Positions 15,561 through 26,070 of a stretch of 64,000 nt of DNA are shown piece after piece. The notes under the pieces were generated by a model. The model was not told the origin of the DNA and did no database searches. It worked only from the letters and a program-made list of their open reading frames with translations. The position numbers and the translations under genes were made by a program. The stretch covers positions 288,001 to 352,000 of the forward strand of contig CAVYSW010000009.1 of NCBI GenBank assembly GCA_963771275.1, in the 5' to 3' direction. Origin of the DNA: an uncultured Gemmatimonadales bacterium. GTDB lineage: Bacteria; Gemmatimonadota; Gemmatimonadetes; Gemmatimonadales; GWC2-71-9. Numbering within the stretch: position 1 is the stretch's first letter; every line of letters begins with the position of its first letter.

Positions 15561-17753
15561 ATGCTGCGGCTTCTCTCGATCGCGATGCTCGTCTGGACCC
15601 TGCCGGCCGCCTCGCTCGGCGCCCAGCAGCGCACGTTCGCCGGCCACTGGACCGGCACGCTCACCATCCAGGGACAGGAGCTGGGGTTCGACCTGGATCT
15701 CGCCCAGGGCGCGAGCGGCTGGACCGGCGACATCTCGATCCCGGCGCAGGGGGCTACGGATCTCCCGCTCGTGGGCATCACGGTCGCCGGAGACAGCATC
15801 AGCTTCGCCATCGCCGGCATTCCGGGAGACCCGACGTTCCGCGGGGCCCGCTCCCAGGATGGCACGACCGTCCAGGGCACGCTCACGCAGGGCGGGCAGA
15901 GCTTCACATTCTCCATGCGGACCGGCGGCGCCGCGGCGGCCCAGGCGCCGCAAGGCGATTTCGAGTACTTGCGCGCCCACTACACGAAGCAGGAAGTCCT
16001 GATCCCGATGCGGGACGGCGTGAAGCTGTTCACGTCGATCTACGCGCCGACCGATACGACCCGGCGCCACCCGATCATCTTCCAGCGCACCCCCTACAGC
16101 GTGGCACCGTACGGGGCGGGGCGCTTCCCGCCGTTCCTCGGCAACCAGGTCCGGGCCTACATGCGCGAGGGCTACGTCATCGTGCGGCAGGACGTGCGTG
16201 GCCGCTACATGTCGGAAGGCGAGTTCGTCAACGTGCGGCCGTACGTTACCGACAAGCGCGGCCCCCAGAGCATCGACGAGACGACCGATACATACGATAC
16301 GATCGACTGGCTGCTCCAGAACGTGAAGGGCAACAACGGCCGGGTGGGGATCAGCGGGATCTCGTACGGCGGGTTCTACTCCTCGATGGGGGCGATCGAC
16401 GCCCACCCGGCCGTGAAGGCCGTCTCCCCGCAGGCGCCGGTGTCGGCGTGGATGCACGGCGACGACTTCTTCCACAACGGCGCGCTGCTGCTGCCGCATG
16501 CGTTCGACTTCTTCGCCTGGTTCGGCCACCCGCGGCCTGCGCCCAAGAACACGCCCGACCCGCCGCTCGACCACGGCACGCCGGACGGCTACGCGTACTA
16601 CCTGCGGCTCGGCGCCCTCTCCAACGCGAACGCCAAGGTGCTGCACGACAGCGTGGCGTTCTGGAACGAGATGGCGGAGCATTGGCACTGGGACGCGTTC
16701 TGGCAAGCGCGCGACGTGCTGCCCCACCTCAAGGCGTTGAAGCCCGCCATGTTGTGGGTGGGTGGCTGGTTCGACACGGAGAACCTGTGGGGCGCGCTCC
16801 ACGCCTATGGCGCCGCCGAGCGCCAGAGCGCCGGCGCCACCAACCGCCTGGTGATGGGCCCGTGGTCCCACGGGCAGTGGGGCTGGAGCCGGGGCGACTC
16901 GCTCGGGCCGATCGCGTGGGGCTCGGCCACGGGGGAGTTCTATACCGACAGCATCGAGGTCCCGTTCTTCAACTACTACCTGCTGGGCGACGGCCAGCCC
17001 AAGCCCCGGGAGTTCGAGGCGGCCGTGTTCGAGACCGGCGCCGACCAGTGGCACTTCATGGACGTGTGGCCACCGCCCACCACCGCGACCAGCCTCTACC
17101 TGCGGGACGGCGGCACGCTCACCTACGACGCGCCGGCTGGGAAGGCGCCCGCCTACGACCAGTACGTGAGCGATCCGGCCAAGCCCGTGCCGTACACGGC
17201 CGAGATCACCCAGTGGTACGACCCGCCGTTCATGCTGGAGGACCAGCGCTTCGCCTCACGCCGGCCGGATGTCCTGGTGTACGAGACCGCGCCGCTCGCG
17301 AGCGCCCTCACGATCGCGGGCCCGATTCCGGTCGAGCTCTCGGTCTCCACCACGGGCACCGACTGCGACTGGATCGTGAAGCTGATCGACGTGTTCCCCG
17401 ACACGCTCGGCTCGGGCCGCGGCGGACGCGTCAAGCTGGGCGGCTACCAGATGCTGGTGCGGGGCGACGTGCTGCGCGGGAAGTTCCGCAACAGCCTGTC
17501 GCAGCCGGAGCCGTTCGTCCCGGGCGCCGTGACGCCCGTCCGGTTCGTGCTGAACGACGTGTTCCACACGTTCAAGCCCGGGCACCGGATCATGATCCAG
17601 GTGCAGAGCACCTGGTTCCCGATGATCGACCGCAATCCCGGCAAGTTCATGGACATCTTCCGGGCGAAGGACGCGGACTTCCAGCAAACGACGCAGCGCG
17701 TCTACCGCTCGGCGGGGAGCGCGTCGCACGTGGTGCTGCCGGTGATGAAGTAG
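15561..17753 (+). CDS. Secreted CocE/NonD (S15) family serine hydrolase with an extra N-terminal beta-rich domain
   Basis: SD GGAGG; signal peptide; IPMRDGVKL, RTPY, QDVRGRYMSEG, nucleophile motif GISYGG, GWFD, GPWSHG; PepX-type C-terminal domain. Confidence 0.92.
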   Translation: MLRLLSIAMLVWTLPAASLGAQQRTFAGHWTGTLTIQGQELGFDLDLAQGASGWTGDISIPAQGATDLPLVGITVAGDSISFAIAGIPGDPTFRGARSQDGTTVQGTLTQGGQSFTFSMRTGGAAAAQAPQGDFEYLRAHYTKQEVLIPMRDGVKLFTSIYAPTDTTRRHPIIFQRTPYSVAPYGAGRFPPFLGNQVRAYMREGYVIVRQDVRGRYMSEGEFVNVRPYVTDKRGPQSIDETTDTYDTIDWLLQNVKGNNGRVGISGISYGGFYSSMGAIDAHPAVKAVSPQAPVSAWMHGDDFFHNGALLLPHAFDFFAWFGHPRPAPKNTPDPPLDHGTPDGYAYYLRLGALSNANAKVLHDSVAFWNEMAEHWHWDAFWQARDVLPHLKALKPAMLWVGGWFDTENLWGALHAYGAAERQSAGATNRLVMGPWSHGQWGWSRGDSLGPIAWGSATGEFYTDSIEVPFFNYYLLGDGQPKPREFEAAVFETGADQWHFMDVWPPPTTATSLYLRDGGTLTYDAPAGKAPAYDQYVSDPAKPVPYTAEITQWYDPPFMLEDQRFASRRPDVLVYETAPLASALTIAGPIPVELSVSTTGTDCDWIVKLIDVFPDTLGSGRGGRVKLGGYQMLVRGDVLRGKFRNSLSQPEPFVPGAVTPVRFVLNDVFHTFKPGHRIMIQVQSTWFPMIDRNPGKFMDIFRAKDADFQQTTQRVYRSAGSASHVVLPVMK

Positions 17754-17754
17754 C

Positions 17755-17822
17755 AGCGGCAGAAGTGGCAGCGGCGGCAGAGGGGAGGATCACCCGCTGC
17801 CGCTCCTGCCGCCCCTGCCGCT
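17755..17822. repeat. Nonamer-based inverted repeat between convergent genes (possible bidirectional terminator)
   Basis: AGCGGCAGA AGTGGCAGC GGCGGCAGA GGG, loop GAGGATCA, then CCC GCTGCCGCT CCTGCCGCC CCTGCCGCT. Confidence 0.8.
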
Positions 17823-20043
17823 ACGGCTTCAGGTATCTCACCAGATGATCGTACGACACCTGCATCATCAGTCCGTAGCTCGCCAGGTTGTACGCCGCGC
17901 CGTGCCGGCCGGGCGGGTAGATCCTGAGGTCGGCATCCCGGCCGGCGTTGGTGAGCGCCGTGAGCAGCTGCATCGTGTTCTGCGGATGGACGTTGTCGTC
18001 CATCATCGAATGGATCAGCAGCAGGTGGCCGGTGATCTTGTCGGCGTGCTCCACCGCCGAGCTCTCCACGTAGCCCTCGACATTCTCGTCCAGCAGCCCC
18101 ATGTAGCGCTCGGTGTAGATCGTATCGTACAGCCGCCAGTCCGTGCCGGGTGAGTTCGCGACGCCGACGGTGAACACGTCCGGGTACATCGCCATCGTGT
18201 ACACCGTGCTGTAGCCGCCGTAGCTGGTCCCCATGATCGCGATCCGGCCGCCGTCCACGTACGGCAGCGTGGCGAGGTAGCGCGCCGCCTCGGCGAAGTC
18301 GTGGCTCTCCCACCGGCCGAGATGGCCGTACACCAGCTTCAGGAACGCGCTGCCGTAGTTGTTGGTCCCGCGGTTGTTGAGCCCCACCACGATGAACCCC
18401 TGCTGCGCCAGCCACTGCGTGAACCCGCTCGCGGCGAACTCGTCGTACACCTGCTGCGAGCCCGGCCCGCCGTAGACGGAGAAGATCACCGGATAGCGGC
18501 GCGTGGAATCGAACGGCACCGGCTTGACGATCGAGCCGTCGAGCCGCACGGAGTCGGACGTCGTGAAGCTGAACAGCTCCGTGGGGGCGAAGGCGTGCGT
18601 CCCCAGCCACTCCGTCACGCGCGTATTCGTCTCCAGCGCCTTGAGCTGCTTGCCGGTGGTGGCCCACAGCTCGACCTGGCGCGGCTGGCGCATGGACGAC
18701 CAGCGGTCGATGTAGTAGCGCGCGTCGGGGGACATGTCGACCCGGTGGGTGCCGGGCGCCTGGGTGAGGCGCCGCTTGGCCGCCCCGTCGAACCGGATCG
18801 CGTACAGTTGCCGCTGGAGCGGCGACGCCTCGGTCGAGCTGTAGTAGATCATCCGGTCGGCGGGGCTGATGCCCTCGATGCGCGTGACGCTCCACGCGCC
18901 GCGCGTCACCTGGTTCAGCAGCTTCCCGGAGTAGTCGTACCGGTAGACGTGCTGCCAGCCGTCGCGGTCCGAGATCCAGAAGAACTCGTGCAGGCCCGCC
19001 GGGAACGACATCAGATCCTCCACCCCGGCGTAGAAGTCGTAGATGTCGAGCCAGGTCTTGGACGTCTCGGTGAGCACCAGCCGCCGCCCGCCGGTATGCA
19101 CGTCGAAGAAATGCAGCTTCACCTCGTTCTGCCGCCGGTTGAGCGTCAGCACGGCGAGCGTGTCCGGCCGGCTGGTCCAGTAGATCCGCGGGACGTAGTA
19201 GTCGCCCGACTCGCCGGGATCGAGCCACACCTGGCCGCCGCTCTTGACGTCCACCACGCCGATCCGCACCCGCGGGTTCGAGTCGCCGGGCTGCGGGATC
19301 CGGATGCGCTCCCACTCGGGATGCCGGCCCTCATAGTCCGTGATCTGGATGACGGGCTCGGCGCTCTCGTCCACCTGCCAGAACGCGATGAACCGGCTGT
19401 CCGGCGACCAGTTCCACGCCTGGGCCATGCCGAATTCCTCCTCGTACACCCAGTCGAAATGGCCGTTGTAGACGGTCTCCGTCGCCCCCTGGGTGAGCCG
19501 CGTCTCCCGCTGCGTCGCGAGATCGGACACGAACAGATCGCCGTCCCGCTCGTAGCCCAGCATCGCGCCGTCGGGCGACAGCTCGGCCGTCCGGGCGCCG
19601 CGCGCCGCCAGGCGCATCGCGCGATCGGCCAGCGAGTAGACGTAGTAGTCCGCCGTGCCGGACCGGCGGTACAGCGGCACGAACCGCGTCTGGAACACCA
19701 GGTGCTTCGAGTCGCGCGCCCACTGGAACGAGCGGTACGCGAACGCCTCGCTCGTGTCGGGGAACGTCACGCCCTGGGCGGAGAACAGCAGCACGTCCTC
19801 GCCGGTCGCGGGATCGAGCGCGCGGATTTCCTCCCCGCCGCCCGACGCGGCCCGCGCGATGTACGAGTAGCGTTGGCCGCCGTCGATCCAGTTGACATTG
19901 CGCGGGCCGGAGCCGCCGTTCATCGCGCCGGACGCCTGGATCGCCTGCATCAGGTTGGTGAACCGCGTCTTCTCCTGAGCCCGACCGACCGCCGGCAGCG
20001 CCAGCAGCAGGATCAGAGAGAGCACGCCGCATCGAGCACGCAT
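17821..20043 (-). CDS. Dipeptidyl peptidase IV (S9B) family serine peptidase, secreted
   Basis: DWVYEEE motif, WSPD repeats, VYGGPGSQ, GTSYGG, DDNVH and catalytic His (GRHG). Confidence 0.95.
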   Translation of the reverse strand: MRARCGVLSLILLLALPAVGRAQEKTRFTNLMQAIQASGAMNGGSGPRNVNWIDGGQRYSYIARAASGGGEEIRALDPATGEDVLLFSAQGVTFPDTSEAFAYRSFQWARDSKHLVFQTRFVPLYRRSGTADYYVYSLADRAMRLAARGARTAELSPDGAMLGYERDGDLFVSDLATQRETRLTQGATETVYNGHFDWVYEEEFGMAQAWNWSPDSRFIAFWQVDESAEPVIQITDYEGRHPEWERIRIPQPGDSNPRVRIGVVDVKSGGQVWLDPGESGDYYVPRIYWTSRPDTLAVLTLNRRQNEVKLHFFDVHTGGRRLVLTETSKTWLDIYDFYAGVEDLMSFPAGLHEFFWISDRDGWQHVYRYDYSGKLLNQVTRGAWSVTRIEGISPADRMIYYSSTEASPLQRQLYAIRFDGAAKRRLTQAPGTHRVDMSPDARYYIDRWSSMRQPRQVELWATTGKQLKALETNTRVTEWLGTHAFAPTELFSFTTSDSVRLDGSIVKPVPFDSTRRYPVIFSVYGGPGSQQVYDEFAASGFTQWLAQQGFIVVGLNNRGTNNYGSAFLKLVYGHLGRWESHDFAEAARYLATLPYVDGGRIAIMGTSYGGYSTVYTMAMYPDVFTVGVANSPGTDWRLYDTIYTERYMGLLDENVEGYVESSAVEHADKITGHLLLIHSMMDDNVHPQNTMQLLTALTNAGRDADLRIYPPGRHGAAYNLASYGLMMQVSYDHLVRYLKP

Positions 20044-20071
20044 CGTGGAACTCGCTGGTTGAGGAACGCCG

Positions 20072-21352
20072 TCAGAACGGCTGCTCGAGGGAGGGACTCT
20101 GCGGTGTCAGCAGCTCCGCCCCGCTCTCGGTGATTACCATGTCGTCCTCGAGCCGGACGCCGAACTCGCCGCGGATGTAGATACCCGGCTCATCGCTGAA
20201 CGTCATCCGGGGCGCGAGCGGCAATGTGTTGCCGCGCACCAGGTACGGCCACTCATGGCCGTCCATCCCGAGACCGTGCCCGACCCGGTGGCTGAAGTAC
20301 GCGTACCCCGGCCCGTACCCGGCATCCACGATCACCTGGCGGGCCGCCGCGTCCACCGCCTCACAGGGAAGCCCGGGGCGGGCGGCTGTGACCGCCGCCT
20401 CCTGCGCGCGGTGCACGATGTCGAACACCGCGCGCATCTTGGGCGTCGCCGTCCCGAGCACGAACGTCCGGCTCAGATCCGACTGGTAGCCCTCCACGGA
20501 GCACCCGCCGTCGATCAGCAGGATCGTGCCCTCGCGGATCGTCTGCGGCGTGGTGGAGCCGTGCGGCAGCGCCGAGTACGCCCCCGTCTGCGCGCTGGCG
20601 CCGCCGGCGAAGCCGAGCTTGCGGTGCGCCGCCGCGACCAGCTCGCCAAAGCGCTGCTGGGTCATTCCCTCCGCCAGCGCGCGGTGGGCCGCGGCGTAGG
20701 CCATCAGCGTCACCCGGGCGGCCAGCCGCATCAACTCGAGCTCGTGCGCGTCCTTGACGCCGCGGCAGCCGGCGGTGACCGGCGTGCCGCTCCGGAGGCG
20801 GAGGGCCGGCGCCGCCTGCGCGACGCCGGCGCTGAACACGTAGCGCACCGTCTCCTCGATCCCGAGCGTGCCGGTCACCAGCCCCCGCGCGCCCAGGCCC
20901 TTGGCCACCAGGGCGTACGGACTCTCGTCCTCCTGCCAGACGAGCACCTCGGTGTCGGCTCCGCCCAGGGGACCCGTGGCGAGCTGCTCGCGCGCGCGGT
21001 CCTCCTCGAACGCGGGGCTCACCACGAACGGCCGTCCCGTGACCGGGACCACCACCGCGAGCAGCCGCTCGCTCAGGCCCCAGCGCATGTTCGTGAAGTA
21101 GGCGAGCGACGTGCCGCCGGTCAACATCAGGGCGTCGATCCCCTGCTGGCGCATCAGCTGGCGCGCCCGCTCGAATCGGGTCTCGCGCTCGGCGACCGTG
21201 ATCGGCCGGGCCTGGTCCCTGAGCGACGGGAGCTGCGCGATCGAGGGCGGCAGATCGTCGCACGCCTGCTGCGGCTCTGCCGTGGCGGGGCGGGCGGCGC
21301 CACCGAGCACCGCGACCGAGGAGGCGCCAAGGAACTCGCGACGGGTGAGCAT
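20072..21352 (-). CDS. Tat-exported Xaa-Pro peptidase (M24B)
   Basis: Tat signal MLTRREFLG; DGG..GYQSDLSRT, HRVGHGLGMDGHE, EPGIY, GVRLED. Confidence 0.93.
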   Translation of the reverse strand: MLTRREFLGASSVAVLGGAARPATAEPQQACDDLPPSIAQLPSLRDQARPITVAERETRFERARQLMRQQGIDALMLTGGTSLAYFTNMRWGLSERLLAVVVPVTGRPFVVSPAFEEDRAREQLATGPLGGADTEVLVWQEDESPYALVAKGLGARGLVTGTLGIEETVRYVFSAGVAQAAPALRLRSGTPVTAGCRGVKDAHELELMRLAARVTLMAYAAAHRALAEGMTQQRFGELVAAAHRKLGFAGGASAQTGAYSALPHGSTTPQTIREGTILLIDGGCSVEGYQSDLSRTFVLGTATPKMRAVFDIVHRAQEAAVTAARPGLPCEAVDAAARQVIVDAGYGPGYAYFSHRVGHGLGMDGHEWPYLVRGNTLPLAPRMTFSDEPGIYIRGEFGVRLEDDMVITESGAELLTPQSPSLEQPF

Positions 21353-21437
21353 GGAGGCTCCGGGTTGGGCTGGGATTGGACAAGCATAGGCGGTGGCCCG
21401 CCGGGGAGGGAAGGGGTGAGGGTATATTACCGGCACC

Positions 21438-23234
21438 ATGCGCCAGGACCGGATCCGCAACTTCTGCATCGTGGCCCACATCGATCACGGCAAGTCCACG
21501 CTCGCGGACCGCCTGATCGAGGCCACCGGCACGCTCGAGAAGCGGCGCATGCGGGAGCAGGTGCTCGACACGATGGACCTGGAGCGCGAGCGCGGCATCA
21601 CCATCAAGCTCAACGCCGTGCGGATGACCTACCCCGCGGCGGACGGCAACAGCTACGAGCTGAACCTGATCGACACCCCGGGGCACGTGGACTTCACCTA
21701 CGAGGTCTCGCGCTCGCTCAACGCGTGCGAGGGCGCGATTCTCGTCGTGGACGCCAGCCAGGGGATCCAGGCCCAGACGCTGAGCAACCTGTTTCTCGCG
21801 CTCGACGCCGGGCTCGAGATCATCCCGGTGCTCAACAAGATCGATCTCCCGGCGGCCGAGCCCGCGCGCCGCGCCGCGGAGCTGCACGACCTGATCGGGT
21901 CGTCGCCCGACGAGATCCTCCACGTGTCCGCCAAGGAGGGCCTCGGGATCGACCGGCTGCTGGAGGAGATCGTGCGCCGCGTGCCGCCGCCCAAGGGCGA
22001 TCCCGCCGCGCCGCTCCGCGCGCTGATCTTCGACTCGTACTACGATCGCTACCGCGGGGCGATCCCGAGCATCCGCGTGGTGGACGGCAGCCTCCGCAAG
22101 GGCACGCGGATCACCTTCGGCGCGCGGCCGGAGCACGTCTACGACGTGGAGGAGGTCGGCTACCTGCAGCTCGCCCAGAAGCCCACCGACGTGCTCGAGG
22201 CCGGCGAGGTGGGCTACGTCGTGGCGAACGTGCGGGCGGTCGAGGAGACCCGCGCGGGCGACACCGTGCTCGACGCCACGCGTCCCGCGCCCGTCCTGCC
22301 GGGCTACCGCGAGATCAAGCCGATGGTCTTCGCGGGGCTCTACCCCACCGACGCCAACCAGTACGAGGAGCTGCGCGACTCCCTCGCCAAGCTCAAGCTG
22401 AACGACGGCTCGCTGCACTACGAGCCCGAGACCTCGGTGGCGCTCGGCTTCGGGTTCCGCTGCGGCTTTCTCGGCCTGCTGCACATGGAGATCGTGCGCG
22501 AGCGGCTGGAGCGCGAGTTCGGCCTCGATCTCGTCAGTACCGTCCCCAACGTGGAGTACCACGTCCACCAGACGGACGGCAGCATGACGGTCATCGAGAA
22601 TCCCACCGCCATGCCGCACGGCTCGGGCATCGACCGTATCGAGGAGCCCTACGTCCGCACGCGGCTCACCGCGCCCGCCGACTACATCGGCGCCATCATG
22701 CGGCTCGGCCAGGAGCGGCGCGGCGAGTACCTCGGCATGCACTACGTGGATCCGGCCCGCGTCCAGTTCGAGTTCGACTTCCCGCTCGCCGAGATCATCC
22801 TCGACTTCTTCGACCGGCTCAAGACCGTGACGCGCGGCTACGCCGCCATGGACTACGAGATGAGCGGCTACCGGCCGAACGACCTCGTCAAGCTCGACAT
22901 GCTGATCAACGGCGACGCGGTGGACGCGTTCAGCGTGATCCTGCACCGCGACAAGGCGTTCGAGTGGGGCCGGAAGATCGCCGAGAAGCTCAAGGAGCTG
23001 ATCCCGCGCCAGCTGTTCGAGGTCGTGATCCAGGCCGCGATCGGGAGCAAGGTGATCGCCCGCCAGACCGTCCGCCCGCTGCGCAAGAACGTGACGGCGA
23101 AGTGCTACGGGGGCGACATCACCCGCAAGCGCAAGCTGCTCGAGAAGCAGCGCGAGGGCAAGAAGCGCATGAAGCAGGTCGGCGCCGTGGACATTCCCCA
23201 GGAGGCGTTCCTGGCCGTCCTGCAGATCGAGTGA
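21438..23234 (+). CDS. lepA: Elongation factor 4 LepA
   Basis: [56 protein letters not shown]. Confidence 0.99.
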   Translation: MRQDRIRNFCIVAHIDHGKSTLADRLIEATGTLEKRRMREQVLDTMDLERERGITIKLNAVRMTYPAADGNSYELNLIDTPGHVDFTYEVSRSLNACEGAILVVDASQGIQAQTLSNLFLALDAGLEIIPVLNKIDLPAAEPARRAAELHDLIGSSPDEILHVSAKEGLGIDRLLEEIVRRVPPPKGDPAAPLRALIFDSYYDRYRGAIPSIRVVDGSLRKGTRITFGARPEHVYDVEEVGYLQLAQKPTDVLEAGEVGYVVANVRAVEETRAGDTVLDATRPAPVLPGYREIKPMVFAGLYPTDANQYEELRDSLAKLKLNDGSLHYEPETSVALGFGFRCGFLGLLHMEIVRERLEREFGLDLVSTVPNVEYHVHQTDGSMTVIENPTAMPHGSGIDRIEEPYVRTRLTAPADYIGAIMRLGQERRGEYLGMHYVDPARVQFEFDFPLAEIILDFFDRLKTVTRGYAAMDYEMSGYRPNDLVKLDMLINGDAVDAFSVILHRDKAFEWGRKIAEKLKELIPRQLFEVVIQAAIGSKVIARQTVRPLRKNVTAKCYGGDITRKRKLLEKQREGKKRMKQVGAVDIPQEAFLAVLQIE

Positions 23235-23247
23235 TCGCGGAGGGCGC

Positions 23248-24231
23248 ATGCGACTGATCGTCGGCGTCGATCTCGGCGGCACGAACATCGTGGTCGGCAC
23301 GCTGCCCGAGGACGGCGGTGCGCTGTACGGCCAGGTGAGCGAGCCGACCCCCGTGGCGGCCGGCCCCGAGGCCGTCGTGCGGTGCATGGTCGCGCTCGTG
23401 CAGCGCTCGCTCGACGACACGCGCCGGGCGCTGGGCGGGGCGCGCGTGGACGTGGCGGGCGTGGGCGTCGGCGCCCCCGGCCCGCTCGACACCGCCAGCG
23501 GCATCGTGCTGCTCGCGCCGAACCTCGGCTGGCGGGACATGCCGCTGCGCCAGCGCATCGCCGACGCGACCGGCCTGGACGCGACGCTCGACAACGACGC
23601 CAACTGCGCGACCTTCGGCGAGTGGTGGCGCGGGGCCGCGCGCGACGGGCGCATCGTCGCCGGCCTCACCATCGGGACCGGGATCGGCGGCGGCATCGTG
23701 CTCGACGGCGGGATCTACCACGGCGCATCCGATGTGGCGGCGGAGTTCGGTCACACGACGATCGACGCCACCGGCCGGCGCTGCAGCTGCGGCAACTACG
23801 GCTGCCTCGAGGCCTACGCCTCGGGACCCAACATCGCGAAGCGGGCGATCGAGGAGCTCGAGAGCGGCCGCCCCTCGTCGATCCCCGGGCACGTGGGCGA
23901 CGACCTGCAGCGCGTGACCGCCCAGACGGTCTACGCCGCGGCGAGCGCCGGCGACGAGCTCGCCCTCGAGGTCGTGCGCGACACGGCCAAGTTCCTCGGC
24001 GTCGGCATCGCCAACATCGTGAACATCCTCAATCCCGACGTCGTCGTGATCACGGGGGGCGTGACGCAGGCGGGTGACCGCCTGTTCGTGCCGCTGCGCA
24101 TGGAGGTGGGCCGCCGCGCCTTCAAGCCCGCCGTCGACGCGTGCCGCATCGTTCCCGGCACGCTGCCGGGCACCGCCGGGGTGTTCGGCGCCGTGGCCGC
24201 GTTCAAGGTCCAGCGCTGGGGCGCCGTGTGA
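23248..24231 (+). CDS. ROK family sugar kinase (glucokinase-like)
   Basis: GVDLGGT, DNDAN, TIGTGIGGG, EFGH..CSCGNYGCLEAYAS; no N-terminal HTH. Confidence 0.95.
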   Translation: MRLIVGVDLGGTNIVVGTLPEDGGALYGQVSEPTPVAAGPEAVVRCMVALVQRSLDDTRRALGGARVDVAGVGVGAPGPLDTASGIVLLAPNLGWRDMPLRQRIADATGLDATLDNDANCATFGEWWRGAARDGRIVAGLTIGTGIGGGIVLDGGIYHGASDVAAEFGHTTIDATGRRCSCGNYGCLEAYASGPNIAKRAIEELESGRPSSIPGHVGDDLQRVTAQTVYAAASAGDELALEVVRDTAKFLGVGIANIVNILNPDVVVITGGVTQAGDRLFVPLRMEVGRRAFKPAVDACRIVPGTLPGTAGVFGAVAAFKVQRWGAV

Positions 24232-25178
24232 CGCGACGGCTCGGCGTCGTCGGGACCATGGTGTGGGACACGATCTACGGCCGCGGCCCGACGCCCGAGC
24301 CCGTCGAGGAGTGGGGGGGCATCGCCTATGCGCTCGCCGCGCTCGAAGCGGCGCTGCCCGACGACTGCGAGATCGTGCCGCTCGTGCGCGTCGGGCGCGA
24401 TCTCGCCCCCCAGGCCGAGGCCTTCCTGCACCAACTCACCCGCCGCGCGGCGACCGCCCGGTTCATCGTGGTGCCGGAACCCAACAACCGGGTGACGCTG
24501 CGCTACACCTCGGCCCAGCGCCGCGCGGAGCGGCTGGCGGGCGGCGTGCCGCCCTGGACGTGGCGCGAGCTCGGACCGCTGGTGCGGGACCTCGACGCCG
24601 TGTACGTGAACTTCATCTCGGGCTTCGAGCTCGATCTCACCACCGCCCAGCAGCTCCGCTACGGCTTTCCGGGGCCGCTCTACGCCGATCTCCATTCGCT
24701 GCTGCTCGGCGTCTCACATCACGGCGACCGGTTCCCGCAGCCGCTGCCCGACGCGCACCAGTGGTTCGCCTGCTTCGACGTCGTGCAGCTCAACGAGGAG
24801 GAGATGGGGCTGGTGGGCGGGGCGCCCATGGCGGTCGCCGCCGCGGCCCTCGCCCAGGGCGTCCGCCTCCTCGTGGTCACCCTCGCCGCGCGGGGCAGCG
24901 TGTATTTTTCGGTGCCCGCCTTCACGTTCGCGCGGCCGCCGGCACCGCCGTCCGGACCGATCGAGACGGCGCGGATCCCCGCCGCCCGGGCGCTCGACGA
25001 GGGCGACGCCACCGGCTGCGGCGACGTGTTCGGCGGCACGCTCGTCGCGCACCTGCTCCGCGCGACCCCGCTCGCGGACGCGCTGCGGGCGGCGAACGAA
25101 GCAGCCGGCCGCAACCTGCAGCACCGCGGCGCCGGCAACCTGCAATACCACCTGCGCGGAGAGATAGCGCCCCGATGA
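24228..25178 (+). CDS. PfkB/ribokinase-family carbohydrate kinase (divergent)
   Basis: GTG start overlapping the ROK stop; WGGIAY, QLNEEE, VVTLAARG, DATGCGDVFG. Confidence 0.85.
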   Translation: MTRRLGVVGTMVWDTIYGRGPTPEPVEEWGGIAYALAALEAALPDDCEIVPLVRVGRDLAPQAEAFLHQLTRRAATARFIVVPEPNNRVTLRYTSAQRRAERLAGGVPPWTWRELGPLVRDLDAVYVNFISGFELDLTTAQQLRYGFPGPLYADLHSLLLGVSHHGDRFPQPLPDAHQWFACFDVVQLNEEEMGLVGGAPMAVAAAALAQGVRLLVVTLAARGSVYFSVPAFTFARPPAPPSGPIETARIPAARALDEGDATGCGDVFGGTLVAHLLRATPLADALRAANEAAGRNLQHRGAGNLQYHLRGEIAPR

Positions 25179-26065
25179 CCCGTGTCGTGGAAGTCCCGGC
25201 GCATTTCGACGACCGCTCGTTCGATCAGTTCGCCAAGAGCTACGGCGCCGAAGACGGGCGGCGCCTGCTGTTCGACGCGCACGCCGCCCAGTGGGCCTCG
25301 CCGTACGGGCTGCTGGGCCTGCTCACCGCCGGCCAGGCCCTCGCCGAGCAGGGCCGCGAGCGCCCGTTGCTCACGCTGCCGCAGGACCGTGACGTGCTGC
25401 ACTACTGGACCCGGACCGGGTTCGCCGAGCACGCGGAGGCGTATTTCGAGCTGCACGGCCGCATCCCGCGCGTGCAGGCGCGCGGCGACTCCGACGTGCT
25501 GCTCGAGGTCACCCCCGTGCGCGGCGCGGACGACGTCCACGAGGTCGTGCACCACATCCAGGAGCGGGCGGCGACCATGCTGACGCACGAGCTGGGACTC
25601 GAGGCGCCGGCGACCATGGGCTTCGGGATGGCGCTTTCGGAGGCGTGTCAGAATATTGTAGAGCACGCGGGAACGGGCGGCTGGGTTGCGGTGCAGACGT
25701 ACACCTGGCGGCGGCGCCTCGGGCGGCGCGTGGTGGTGATCGCGGTCGCGGACGCCGGCGTCGGGTTTCGACGGTCCCTCGAGGCCACGCAGGCCAAGCG
25801 CTTCGGCGACCGCTGGGGCGACGCGGCGGCGCTCGAAGCGGCCATGATCCAGGGGATGAGCCGGTTCCGCGACCCGGGACGCGGTCAGGGCCTGGCCGGG
25901 ATCCGCCGGTACCTCAACCGCTGGTCCGGCAAGCTGTCAGTACGGAGCGGCACGGCGCGCATGGCCATGGTGCCGGCCTGGGACGACGACGTGCCGCTCG
26001 CGGATCAGCTCCCGTTCTTTCCCGGCACCCAGCTGCTGATCATCGTGCCGGCACGCGGCGAGTGA
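25175..26065 (+). CDS. STAS-like domain fused to a GHKL ATPase (RsbW/SpoIIAB-like kinase)
   Basis: ATGA overlap. N-terminal LLFDAHAAQWASPYG (STAS-like); N-box SEACQNIVEHA, G1 ADAGVG, G2 GRGQGL, terminal PGT. No recognisable HisKA H-box. Confidence 0.8.
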   Translation: MTRVVEVPAHFDDRSFDQFAKSYGAEDGRRLLFDAHAAQWASPYGLLGLLTAGQALAEQGRERPLLTLPQDRDVLHYWTRTGFAEHAEAYFELHGRIPRVQARGDSDVLLEVTPVRGADDVHEVVHHIQERAATMLTHELGLEAPATMGFGMALSEACQNIVEHAGTGGWVAVQTYTWRRRLGRRVVVIAVADAGVGFRRSLEATQAKRFGDRWGDAAALEAAMIQGMSRFRDPGRGQGLAGIRRYLNRWSGKLSVRSGTARMAMVPAWDDDVPLADQLPFFPGTQLLIIVPARGE

Positions 26066-26070
26066 GGGCG

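Noticed and set aside
13917..17822. Repeats considered as a CRISPR array
   Set aside because: Units are 7-9 nt and contiguous, with no unique spacers and no cas genes.
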